NCBI GenBank assembly: GCA_030390025.1
Contig: CM059431.1
Span: 158,598,001-158,662,000 of the forward strand
Reading direction: 5' to 3'
From: Squalus acanthias
Taxonomy: Eukaryota
Length of the DNA stretch: 64,000 bases
The notes below the pieces were generated by a model. The model was not told the origin of the DNA. It did no database searches and was given only the letters and a program-made list of their open reading frames with translations. Position numbers and translations under genes: made by a program. Below, piece by piece: positions 1 to 11,922 of the stretch. Each line of letters starts with the position of its first letter. Within the stretch, counting starts at the first letter, position 1.

Positions 1-1270
1 AATAACCTGCTCTGCTGATGCCCAGTTTAGGTTCCTCCAAGATCTCTCGGCTCCCGACCTCATTACAGCTTTGGTACAAACATGGAGAAAGGAGCTGAAT
101 CCAGAGGTGAGGTGAAAGTGATTGCCCTTGACATCAAGGCAACATTTGACCGAGTGTGGCATCAAGGAGCCCTTGTAAAACTGAAGTCAATGGGAATCAG
201 GGGGAAAACTCTTCACTGGCTGTAGTCATACCTAGCACAAAGGCAGATAGTTGTGGTGATTGAAAATCAATCATCAGAGCCCCAGTACATTAATGCAAGA
301 GTTCCTCAGGGCAGTGTCCCAGGCACAACTATCTTCAGCCGCTTCATCAATTAACTTCCCTCCATCATAAGGTCATAAATGGGGACGTTCGCTGATGACT
401 GCACAGTGTTCAGCGTCATTCACAACTGCTCAGATAATGAAGCAATCCAAGCCCGAATGTAACAAGACCTGGACGTGGTTCCGGCTTGGGCTGATAAGTC
501 GCAGTTAACATTCGCGCCACAGAAGTGCCAGGCAATGAATCTCTTCAACAAACTAGAGTCTAACCACCGCCCAATGACATTCAACGGCATTACCATTCTC
601 GAATCCCCCATCATCAACATTCTGGAGGTCACCATTGACCAGAAACTTAACTGGACCAGCTACATAAATATTGTGGCAACAAGAGCAGGTCACAGCCTAG
701 GTATTCTGCGGCGAGTGTCTCACCTCCTGACTCCCAAAAGCCTTTCCACCATCTACAAGGCACAAGTAAGGAGTGTGATGGAATACTCTCCTCTTGCCTG
801 AATTAGTGCAGCTCCAACAACATTCAAGAAGGTCGACACCATCATGGAATTTGCTTGATTGGCAACCCATCCACCACCTTCAACATTCACTCGCTCCACC
901 ACCGGCGTACCGTGGCTGCATGTGTACCATCTACAAGATGCACTGCAGCAACTCGCCAAGGCTTCTTCGGCAGCACATCCCAAACCACGACCTCTTCCAC
1001 CTTGAAGGACAAGGGCAGAAGGTGCATACGAACAGCGCCACCTCCAAGTGCCCCTCCAACTCACACACCATCCTGAGTTGCAAGTATATCGCCGATCCTT
1101 CATCCTCGCTGGGTCAAACTCCTGGAACTTCCTACCTAACAGCACTGTGGGAGTATCTTCACCACACGGACTGCAGTGGTTCAAGAAGGCAACTCACCAC
1201 CACCTTCTCAAGGGCAATACGGTATGGGCAATAAATGCTGGCATTGCCAGCGATGCCCACATCTCATAAT
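1..1270 (+). mobile_element. Non-LTR retrotransposon 3' part (RT domain to 3' end), CR1/L2/Crack-group, degenerate
   Basis: RT-like motifs ALDIKATFDRVWH, VPQGSV, FADD and YKAQVRSVMEYSPLA, broken by stops. The 3' end 'aataaatgctggcattgccagcgatgcccacatc' recurs on the - strand at ~3515, ~20495 and ~52680. Confidence 0.85.
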
Positions 1271-2334
1271 CGAATTTAATTCATTTCTCAGGCCTTTCTA
1301 CTTCCATCCCACTGCATTTTAGAACCAGGTACATTCAATTATGAATCCTTAGGCATTGTCATGTTTCAGAAATGCTATTAGAGATTATTTTATTATTTTA
1401 ATTCGATATCAATAAATATTTTCCCAATGGTGTGTTCTTATAATTGGTGTTTTGATATCTATCAAAGTTATTTTGCGTACGTTTAGTTTCACAGTATTTT
1501 AATTTCTCGGTTCCATATCCTAGTTTATTTATCGAAGAAAGAAGGAAAGAACTTGCATTTACTGTTTCATTCTTTAAATGTATGTACATTATTTATTAGC
1601 TCTTTAGACAAACAAGCGAAAATCACGACTACTTCTAATTGCTCAGCAGCATCTGGTGATTCCATGCAATAAAATATGACTTGGAATCTCAGGTCTCTGT
1701 CCGCAACCATATATTGTTAATTTTCTGGATATATATTAAAATATGAATATTTGCTCCTGCTTTATTCCCGCTTCAGAGATTAAGACTCGATTCCTCAATG
1801 ATCTTTGTAATAGAAACTCCAGAGTGCGACTGCTTCAATTCAAAATTTCACATCATTTCCAGTTATCCGTAATCCCCTACGTCAATGACCTACATTCAAT
1901 TGTTATCCCAGTTCATTTGTGAAAACCTCCTATTCAACTACAATTCCCTTTACGATCCGGAGCGTCTTAGCTCCACAGTTTTCTTCAGATGCACTTCCAT
2001 AACTCTAGTCCATCCTTTCCCTTTGCTGTGGTCTCCACATTATTGGTTCATCTGCTCCGGACTCCAACCAAGTCTTCAGCACCACTGGCAGGAACTCCGT
2101 TGCTATGGGTCTCCACTCGTTACTTCTAATTACTTTAAATAACCTCCACATGTTGCAATATCTGGGACGTTTCGCATAACGCGACCAAATAGAGTTAGCT
2201 CTGTTAGGCGCCATTGCCGTCTCACTGCTTGAAGGGCTCTCAATAAACGCTGCTGCTCTTGAAGTTAGTTCAAATTATGCACTGCTTCAAAGCGGGTACC
2301 TTCTTTCAACCTGTTCTCATTTACACCTTGACAG

Positions 2335-2504
2335 TAAATTCAGATACTAAAATATTACTAATGTTGGCGCGCTGCACGGATATCCAGCTGGGAAGAATTA
2401 TCGTTTGCTACCGTCAGAGACCAGAACAGTCAATTGAAGATTTCGTGGAAGCTGTCAGTCAGTCGCTCTTAAATGCAAACGTGTTTACTGAAATAGATCA
2501 CGAG
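2335..2504 (+). CDS. NLR copy 1 exon: first half of N-terminal death-fold (CARD-like) domain
   Basis: Polypyrimidine tract plus ttgacAG acceptor (alternative AG at 2342-2343), and GAG|gtatgt donor in phase 0. Encodes DTKILLMLARCTDIQLGRIIVCYRQRPEQSIEDFVEAVSQSLLNANVFTEIDHE, which resembles the N-terminal module of elasmobranch NLRs as I recall it. Confidence 0.72.
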
Positions 2505-2589
2505 GTATGTTATATATATGTTGGAATCAAATAATGTTAAATGTGTCATACGATTGACTGTTTAGAATCTTCTTTTTCTTTCGCATGCT

Positions 2590-3020
2590 CGTAGCAAAGC
2601 AAATCAAATGTCAATATCTAATCAGATATCCAAGCCAAAGTTTCCAGTGTAACAGCATGGATATCTTGTAGTCTGCCTGCGAATTTCCTCTGAGTGGAGT
2701 GGTCAATGATGTGCTCCAGGGTCTGATTAGGAGCTCCACAGTCGCACGATGGGGATGCTTTCATCTTCCATCTATGGAGAAGGTGGCAGCATCTACCATG
2801 ACCGGTTCTGAGGCGGTTGATGATTATCCACTGTTTGCGAGGAAGGTTTGATACTTCTGATTGTACCGTGGGCTCCTTTATAAGGTCTCCATTCCGAATG
2901 TCACATTTCCTCCAAGCATTTTGCCATTGGTCATCAAGGCTAAAGGGCTTCAGCGACTGTCCAATATGGCCTTCTAGATTTGAGCCAGGTTGGTGGTAGC
3001 TTGTTCAAGACGGCCTTGCT
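2590..3020 (-). mobile_element. I-group (Ingi/Vingi-like) LINE 3' fragment
   Basis: The minus strand reads ...LPRKQWIIINRLRTGHGRCCHLLHRWKMKASPSCDCGAPNQTLEHIIDH..., the RLRTGHG / CxCG..QT..H C-terminal signature of I-group non-LTR elements. Confidence 0.65.
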
Positions 3021-3509
3021 CGGCATGTCTTTGCTGGTGTAAAGGTTGTATTCTCTGGGATGACAACTTGAATGATGACAGCCTTTTCACGGCCATACCT
3101 TTTACATGATCTTAGATTACAACGAATGTCGTCTCAAAGGACACCAAACTTGTGATTATATCGACATCCCGGTGATGGTAACAAACTAAGCTAATCGAAC
3201 GGTCGTCTCCACAAGCAAACAAAATTGTTTACAATAACTGTATTCCGTGAAATCCAATGATATAAACAGTAGGCTAAGCTCTGCTGCTTTAACTTAAATA
3301 ATAACACTGAACTAATTGTCCGGTGCCAATGTAAATAACATTTGAAATGCTCTTCTGCGAACTCTCCCTGGTTAATTAGTTTTTACTGAAATTTTCAATT
3401 AATGCATTAATAATAAGAGAACAACATATCATACTATAACCATGAGATCATCGTGGCAGCATTCTCGGCCTAAATATCCTCAGCTGCTTCATCAGTGAAT
3501 TTTTTATTT

Positions 3510-3762
3510 CGTTTATGGGATGTGGGCGTCACTGGCAGGGACAGGATTTATTGCCTTTCCTAAGTTGCCCTTGAGAAGTTGGTGGTGAGCCGCCTTCTTG
3601 AACCGCTGCACTCTGTGTGGTGATGGTACTCCCAAAGTGCTGATAGGGAGGTAGTTCCATGAATTTGATCCAGCAACGATGAAGCATCGGTGATATACTT
3701 CTGAGAGAGTAGGGGGGGGTGACTTGGAACGGACCTTGGAGGTGGTGGTGCTCCTATGCACC
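3510..3762 (-). mobile_element. 3' end fragment of the LINE family seen at 1-1270
   Basis: Reverse-complement similarity to 1040-1270. Confidence 0.8.
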
Positions 3763-4437
3763 TATTAATCCAAATTCAGGATTGCAAGTAAGACGCCAAG
3801 ACACATTATAATGAATAACTTTTTGAGACACCAGTAGCAGAGCAGGCATCACAAGTCCTCAGCACAGACCCAATGGAAATCATGGACCAAGATAAAACCT
3901 GTAATAGCCCCATATATCTAATCTCTGGTGAAGAAATTAATTAACATATAAAAACAAAACTGTCGGTCACGGCCTAGAGTTTCTGTCCGTTTTTTTATCA
4001 AAGCAGCCTTGCGTTCCAACTAAAGTATAAGATTCGTGTGATTCACTGCCTGTGGCACGAATTTCCAGCGCATTCAACTGAGCATTACCAAGTCGTTGCT
4101 TCCATTACTTTTCTCCTTCCAAGTTCACTGCATATCTGATTTTACTTACATTTCCAACACCTTCTCTGCCACAGTTCATCCAGCCCATGGTTTACGCATC
4201 CTTTTGCCTTGACCCCAGGGCAGCTCAGGCCACGCCCGTTTACCGGCCCATTGTTCAGGTGCATCAACAATGCCGGCCTCTTATGTCAAGACTGCTATAA
4301 TCCCCCATTTAAAAAACAACCCATTGTCCCATCTATGATGTATATCTGCTCTCTCTCCGAATATTTCCTCGAGATAATTAATATATATGTTAATAAAGTA
4401 ACATGAATAATGCTGGTTAGTTGAAGGCACCGATTGT

Positions 4438-4815
4438 CTGATACAAAAGCAAAATACTGCGGATGCTGGAAATCCGAAATAAAAATAGAAAATGCTGGAA
4501 ATACTCAGCAGGTCAGGCAGCGTCAGTGGAGAGAGAAACAGAGTTAACGTTTCAGGTCGATGAACCTTCGTTAGAACTGGAATAAGCTGGAGATGGAACA
4601 CGTTTTTAAGCAAGTGCAGGGACAGGGAAAGGGGGAGGGGAGGAAAGAACAAAAGGGGAGGTCTGTGAAAGGAGGATGGAAGGCAGGAGAGAGTAAGAGA
4701 CAAAAGGGATGATGGTGCAAGGCAAAAGGAGATGGTAATGGGACAAGTTAAGACCCAAAAGATGGCTCCAGATGAAGTGTAAATGGCACTGGCAGAATCA
4801 AAGACAGCTGCCATG
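4438..4815 (-). mobile_element. Penelope-like element terminal-repeat remnant
   Basis: Similar to 58545-58660. Carries a minimal hammerhead motif on the - strand. Confidence 0.7.
4542..4578 (-). ncRNA. Minimal type I hammerhead ribozyme motif, core mutated
   Basis: The minus strand reads agtt-CTAACGA-aggt-tcatcg-acct-GAAA-cgtt-aact. Stems I and II are present, but the CUGANGA core has G>A. Confidence 0.6.
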
Positions 4816-5100
4816 TGAGAGAGAGATTGTCTGATGATGCTCCAGGAAATTATAATATGAAGACATTAACAGCTACGTGGGGATGGGCAGGGCTGGGAGC
4901 AAGGAGCTGAAATAGGGAAGAGTAATTGTTGTTATTAACTACACATAATGCTTGATTTTGGCTTAATCATATTCGTGTAATCGGACTTGTTTCCCTTTTA
5001 TTTGGCACTTTATCCTTCTTTCATATCAATTGCGAAAATCCAGTTTCCCTCAGTGACTCAACGCTGGTCCTCTCTATCTCTGCAACCTTCTCCAGCCCTG

Positions 5101-7030
5101 CATAGAAAAATAGAAGATATGAGCAGGAGTAGAACGTCCGGACCCTCGAGCCTGCTTCGACATTGAATAAGAACATGGCTGATCATCCAAATTCAGTACC
5201 CTGTCCCCGCTTTCTCCCCATATCCCTTGATCCCTTTAGCCTTAAGAAATATATCTAACTCCTTCTTGAATATATTTAATGAATTGCACTCAACTGCCTT
5301 CTGTGGAAGAGAATTCAACAGGTTCACCAATCTCTGGGTGAAGAAATTCCTCCCCATCTCAGTCCTACATGGCTTACCCCTTATCCTTATACTATGACCC
5401 CCCACCATCGGAAACTACCTTTCTGCATCTAGTCTGTCTAGTCCTGTTAGAATTTTATAAGTTTCAATAAGATCCCCTCTCATTCCTCTAAACTCTAGCG
5501 AATATAAGCGTAATCGGAACAATCTCTCCTCATACGTCATTCCTGCCAAACAGGTATCAGTCTGGTGAATTTTCGCTGCACTCCCTCCATGGCAAGAACA
5601 TCCTTCCTCAGATAAGGCCACCTAAACTGCACACAATACTCAAGGTGTGGTCTCACCAAGCCCCTGTACAACTGCAGCAAGACATCCTTGCCCCAGTACT
5701 CCAATCCACTCGCTATGAAGGCCACCATACCATTTGCCACCTTAACAGCCTGCAGCACCTGCATGCTTACCTTCAGCGACTGGTGCACAAGGACACCCAG
5801 GTCTCGTTGCACTTTCCCTTCTCCCAATCTATTGCCGTTCAGATAATAATCTGCCTTCCTGTTTTTGCCACCAAATTGGATAAACGCGCATTTATCCGCA
5901 TTGTACTGCATCTGCCATTCAACTGCCCAATCACCCAGCCTGTCCAAATCATACTGGAGTTTCGCTGCATCCTTCTCACAGCAGACATGCCCACACAGCT
6001 TTGTGTCGTCTGCAAACTTGGAGATATTACATGTAGTTCCCTCGTCTAGATCATTAATATATATTGTGAATAGCTGGGTTCCTAGCACCGATCCCTGCGG
6101 TACCCCACTAGTCACTGCCTGCCACCCGGAAAAAAGACTCGTTTATTCCAACTCTTTGCTTCCTGTCTGCCAACCAGTTCTCTATCCAAGTCAGTGGCTT
6201 AGCCCCAATGCCATGTGCTTTAACTTTGCACGCTAATCTCTTATGGGGGACCTTATCGAAAGCCTTCTGAAATTCCATGTGCTCCACATCCACTGGTTCT
6301 CCCTTATCTATTCTACCAGTTACATCATCAAAAAATTCCAGTGGAAAAGTCAAGCATGATTTACCTTTTGTAAATCCATGTTGAGTTGTCCGATCCTATC
6401 ACTGTTTTACAAGTGCTCTGCTATTACATCTTTTAGAATGAACTCTGGCATTTTCCCCACTACCAATGTCAGGCTTTCCGGTCTATAATTCACCGTTTTC
6501 TATCGACCACTTTTTAAAATAGTGTGGTTATATTAGGTACCCTCCAATCCATGGAAACTGTGCCAGAGTCTATAGAATTTTGGAAGATGACCAGCAATGC
6601 ATCTACTATTTCGAGGCCACTTCCTTAAGTACCCTAAGATGTAGATTATCAGGCCCTGGGGATTTTTCGGCCTTCAATCCCGTCAATTTCCGTAACAACA
6701 TTTCCTACAAATACTGATTTCATTCAGTTCCTCCCTCTCATGAGAGCCTATGTTCTCCGACTTCTCTGGGAAGTTATTAGTGTTCTTTTTTTGAAGTCTG
6801 AACCAAAGTATGTATTTAATTGTCAGCCATTTCTTTGTTCCCCATTATAAATTCCACTGATACTGACTTCAAGGGACCTACGCATGACCAATCTTTTTTC
6901 TCTTCACATATCTATAGAAGCTTTTACAGTCAGTTTTTATGTTCCCTGAAAGCTTACTCTGATACTCTATTTTCCCCATCTTAATTAATCCTTTTGTCCT
7001 CGTTTGCTGAACTCAAAAGTGCTCCCATCC
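5101..7030 (-). mobile_element. CR1 LINE, 5'-truncated, degenerate ORF2 (RT)
   Basis: ORFs 5537-6115 and 6108-6353 give GVPQGSVLG, KFADDTKL and FQKAFDKVPH. The 3' tail lies near 5101. Confidence 0.92.
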
Positions 7031-7109
7031 TCAGGTTTGGTGCTTTTTCGGGCCAATTTATATGTCCTCCGTGATTTCTGTGCTCATCCAATTCTGACCT
7101 TTTTGCTCA

Positions 7110-7270
7110 TGCTCGATACTTTTCACGCCACCATTGGCCGAGGCGTATTGAGCTTTCTCGGCCCAAAGCTTTGGAATTTACTGCCTAATCATCTCTGACT
7201 CTCTGCATTTCTCTCCTCATTGAAGGCGCTCCTTAAATCTTATCTCGTTGACGACGATTTTGGTAACCTG
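7110..7270 (+). mobile_element. L2-clade LINE 3' coding remnant
   Basis: Translates to IGRGVLSFLGPKLWNLLP..L......LKALLKSYL, typical of an L2 ORF2 C-terminus. Confidence 0.55.
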
Positions 7271-7386
7271 ACTGCGAGCTCTTCTATTCATTCCTCTCAT
7301 AAAGAGAGGGAGAAAGAAAACAGTCGTTTCTTAGCTGATTGTGTAAAATACTTTGTTCAATATGTTTGCAATATCTATTTTTTTAG

Positions 7387-7558
7387 GAAATCAGAACGCT
7401 TGCTGAAAGTCAGCGCAGAAATTATGCTTCCCAACTCATTTTCGATACCGTGCTGGAAAAGCGAGCTCGGGGAGAAAGAACATTCTGGAACATAATTCTT
7501 CAACTGATGAATTCAAAACCCAAGCTGAAAGCGACATTGCTAGAGATACAGAACAGAG
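7387..7558 (+). CDS. NLR copy 1 exon: second half of death-fold (CARD-like) domain
   Basis: ttttttAG acceptor in phase 0 and G|gtacag donor in phase 1. Encodes EIRTLAESQRRNYASQLIFDTVLEKRARGERTFWNIILQLMNSKPKLKATLLEIQNR. Confidence 0.75.
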
Positions 7559-7679
7559 GTACAGGGGCAGAAAATATTCTAGAAGGTAGGTCATGTCCAA
7601 ATCTAATGGCAAAAGATCGCGATTACTTTCAGAGGAGCAAAATTCATTATTCATGTCGATGAACTTATTTTATGTTAAT

Positions 7680-8516
7680 GCCCTTCAGGATAAAATCCTA
7701 AGTGGGCGGGGACACAAAACTGGTGAAATCGCATTTGCCGACAGTTACAACACACGCCCGATATTCAATTCAATTCAAGTTTGTTCGGGCGCAGCGTATA
7801 ATAGGTGATGTTTGCGATACCGCCTGCATTAAGTCCTCGCCGAAAAACGACCGGGATTACATCTCTTCCGTTGACTTCAGTAGAACTGCATAGGCTGTAG
7901 TGTCCCCACCCTCCACACACCAACTCCCAGAGCCGGAAATCGGGGAAATTCTCACATCAGGGAAACTGCTGAAATCTTCGACTATTCACAGTAATTGCAC
8001 TCTTAATTTCCCCACTAAAAGTTAGACTGAAAGGCATTGGACGTAAGTGGGTTTCAACAACCTCTTGGCTTCCAAACAAAAGTTATGGGCCTGAAATTCT
8101 AATTTTAATTTTTAGCAGAGATCAACTTTATTCATTTTAATAAAATTAATATTGAAAGGAAACTTTCTCTTAAATGTTTTTTAAATCCTTATTTCAGGAT
8201 TTCCTTTTCCCCATGTGAGATCCTGAATGTTTGTTTTGTTCGCACTAACATTTAAAAAAAAGTTTGATGTTGAAGGGCTGACTCACTTCCTTGTTCGCTG
8301 TCTGTGAGAATTCTGCGCTTTGATTGGCAGCTTAGACAGCCTGTTGACGTCACAGCAGCTTGCACTAGGGCATCCCCATGATTCTCCGTTCATTTGAATT
8401 ACGCTTCAGAAAATCTGAACTTCTTCACATAGAGATTGCGAGACCTTTGTTTGAAACAAACTTTGGGCCTAGCCGCAAACGACTTTGCTTCGCCACTGAC
8501 CACAAATTCCGGGCCA
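7680..8516. mobile_element. Non-coding interspersed repeat (MITE-like), intronic
   Basis: GC-rich ends with an AT-rich core, ending in caaattccgggcc. Its 5' part resembles 60895-61000. Confidence 0.45.
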
Positions 8517-8849
8517 TTCCTTATTTAATAGTGCTATCTCTCAGGCCTTTGTACTTCCATCCCACTGCATTTTAGAACAAGGTACATTCAATTATGAATC
8601 CTTCAAGCTATTATCATGTTTCAGATATGGTATTAGAGATTATGTTATTATTTTAATTTGATATCAATAACTATTTTCCCAATGAAGTGTTCTTGGTGTA
8701 TTGATGTCTATCAAATTGATCGTGACTATCTTTAGATTCACAATATTTCCATTTCTTTGTTTCCATAACCCAATTAAGTTTTCCAAGAAAGAAGGAAAGA
8801 GCTTGCATTTACTGTTGCATTCTTTAAATCTTTGTATATTATTTATTGC

Positions 8850-11800
8850 TAAGGCAGTTCGGGAGGATTTAAACTAATATGGCAGGGGAATGGGAACATA
8901 TGTAGCGAAACAGGGGGAAGTAATATGCAGTCAGAAACAAATGTTAGAAGGGTGAGAAACAATAAGGGTAATCAGAGTAAACAAAGGCAAGAAACACAAA
9001 GGGCCATACTAAATCATAAGGCTAAAAGTACAAAGGGAGTTAATAAAACAAGCCTAAATGCTCTGTGTCTTAATGCAATGAGTATCCGCAATAAGGTGGA
9101 TGAATTGACTGTGCAAATTGATGTTAACGAATAAGTTGTGATTGGGATTACAGAGACGTGGCTCCAGAACAATCAAGGCTGGGAACTGAATATCCAGGGG
9201 TATTCAACATTCAGGAAGGATAGAATAAAAGGAAAAGGGGGTGGGGTAGCATTGCTGGTTAAAAAGGAGATTAATGCAATAGCTAGGAAGGACATTAGCT
9301 TGGAGGATGTGGAATCAATATGGGTTGAGCTGCAGAACACCAAAGGGCAGAAAACGTTAGTGGGGGTTGTGTACAGACCTCCAAACAGTAGTAGTGAGGT
9401 GGGGGAGGGTATGAAACAGGAAATCAGAGGTGCATGCAAAAAAGGCGCAGCAGTTATCATGGGTGACTTTAATATGCATATAGATTGGGCTACTCAAACT
9501 GGAAGCAATACATTGGAGGAGGATTTCCTGGAGTGTTTAAGGGATGGTTTCCTAAACCAATATGTTGAGGAAGCAACTAGAGGGGAGGCCATCCTGGACT
9601 GGGTGTTGTGTAATGAGGAAGGACTAATCAGCAATCTTGTGGTGCGAGGCCCCTCGGGGAAGAGTGACCATAGTATGGTGGAGTTGTACATTAGGATGGA
9701 GAAGGAAACAGTTAATTCAGAGACCATGGTCCAGAACTTAAATAAGGGCAACTTTGAGGTTATGAGGCGTGAATTGGCGAGGTTAGATTGGCAAGCGATA
9801 TTTAAGGGGTTATCAGTGGAAGGGCAATGGCAGACATTTAGAGATCGCATGGATGAACTACAGCAATTGTACATCCCTGTCTGGCGTAATAATAAAAAAG
9901 GGAAGGTGGCTCAACCATGGCTAACAAGGGAAATCAGGGATAGTATTAAAAGCAAGGAAGTGGCATACAAATTGGCCAGAAGTAGCAGCAAACCCGGGGA
10001 CTGGGAGAACTTTAAAACTCAGCAGAGGAGGACGAAGGGTTTGATTAGGGCAGGGAAAATAAAATATGAAAGGAAGCTTGCGGAGAACATTAAAACGGAT
10101 TGCAAAAGCTTCTATAAATATGTAAAAAGAAAGAGGTTAGTAAAAACAAACGTAGGTTCCCTGCAGTCAGAAACAGGAGAAGTCATAATGGGGAACAAAG
10201 AAATGGCAGATCAATTGAACAAGTACTTTGGTTCGGTGTTTACTGTGGAGGACACAAACAACCTTCCCGAAATAAAAGAGATCAAAGGATCTGGTAAGAG
10301 GGATGAGCTGAGGGAAATCCTTATCAGTCGGGAAAAGGTGTTGGGGAAATTGATGGGACTGAAGGCTGATAAATCCCCAGGGCCTGATGGTCTGCATCCC
10401 AGAGAAATTAAGGAGGTGGCCTTGGAAATAGTGGATGCATTGACGATCATTTTCCAAAATTCCTTAGACTCTGGATCAGTTCCGAAGGAGTGGAGGGTGA
10501 CTAATATAACCCCTCTTTTTAAAAAAGGAGGGAGGGAGAAAGCAGGGAATTATAGACCGGTCAGCCTGACATCGGTGGTGGGTAAAATGATGGAATCAAT
10601 TATTAAAGATTTCATAACAGACCATTTGGAAAGTGGCGACATGATAGGTCCAAGTCAGCATGGATTTGTGAAAGGGAAATCATGCTTGACAAATCTTCTG
10701 GAATTTTTTGAGGATGTTTCCAATAGGGTGGAAGGGGGGGGACCAGTCGATGTGGTGTATTTGGACTTTCAGAAGGCCTTCGACAAGGTCCCACACAAGA
10801 GATTGGTGTGCAAAGTTAAAGCACATGTATTGGGGGTAATGTGTTGACGTGGATTGAGAACTGGTTGGCACACAGGAAACAAAGAGTAGGAGTAAATGGG
10901 TACCGCAGGGTTCGGTGCTGGGGCCCCAGCTGGTTACATTATATATTAATGATTTGGACGAAGGGATTAATTGTAATATCTCCAAATTTGCGGATGACAC
11001 TAAATTGGGAGGCAGTGTGAACAATGAGGAGAATGCTAGGAGGCTACAGAGTGACTTGACAGGTTGGGTGAATGGGCAAATGTATGGCAGATGAAGTACA
11101 ATGTGGATAATTGTGAGGTTATCCACTTTGGTGGTAAAAATAGGGAGGCAGAATATTACCTGAATGGTGGCAGATTAGGGAAAGGGGAGGTGCAACGAGA
11201 CCTGGGCGTCATGGTACATCAGTCACTGAAGGTGGGAAGGCAAGTGCAGCAGGCAGTCAAGAAAGCAAATGGCATGATGGCCTTCATAGCAAGGGGATTT
11301 GAGTACAGGAGTAGGGAGGTGAGGCTACAGTTGTACATGGCCTTGGTGAGGCCAGACCTGGAGTATTGTGTGCAGTTTTGGTCTCCTAACTTGAGGAAGG
11401 ACATTCTTGCTATTGAGGGAGTGCAACGAAGGTTCACTAGATTGATTCCTGGGATGTCCAGACTGACATATCAAGAAAGATTGGATCAACTGAACTTGTA
11501 TCCTCTGGAGTTCAGAAGAATGAGGGGTGATCTTATAGAGACGTTTAAAATCCTGACAGGTTTAGACAAATTAGATACGGGCAGAATGTTTCCAATGTTA
11601 GGGGAAACTAAAACCAGGGGTCACAGTCTAAGGATAAAGGGGATGCCATTTAAGACTGAGATGAGGAGGAATTTATTCACCCAGAGAGTGGTGAGTCTGT
11701 GGATTCTCTGCCACAGAAGGTTGTTGAGGCCAGTTCGCTAAATATATTCAAAAGGGAGTTAGCTATAATACTCACATCTAGGGGGATCAAGGGGTATGGC

Positions 11801-11922
11801 GAGAAAGCAGGAATGGGGTACTGAGGAAGCATGTTCAGCCATGAAAGCATTAAATGGCGGTGCAGGCTCGAAGGACCGAATGGTCTACTCCTGCACCTAT
11901 TTTCTATGTTTCTATGTTTCTA
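8850..11922 (+). mobile_element. CR1 LINE, young, nearly complete ORF2 (APE endonuclease + RT)
   Basis: The 569-aa ORF 9138-10847 has ITETWL, MGDFN, SDH, NYRPVSLTS and DFQKAFDKVPH, and continues in ORF 11064-11741. Tail is (tttctatg)n at ~11900-11922. The element splits a sequence that is contiguous at 1591-1630. Confidence 0.95.

Noticed and set aside
9138..10847. An active autonomous retrotransposon or a domesticated RT gene
   Set aside because: There is a stop at ~9132, a frameshift at ~10830, a deletion near 10900 and no ORF1 or 5' UTR. It is an ordinary young dead copy.
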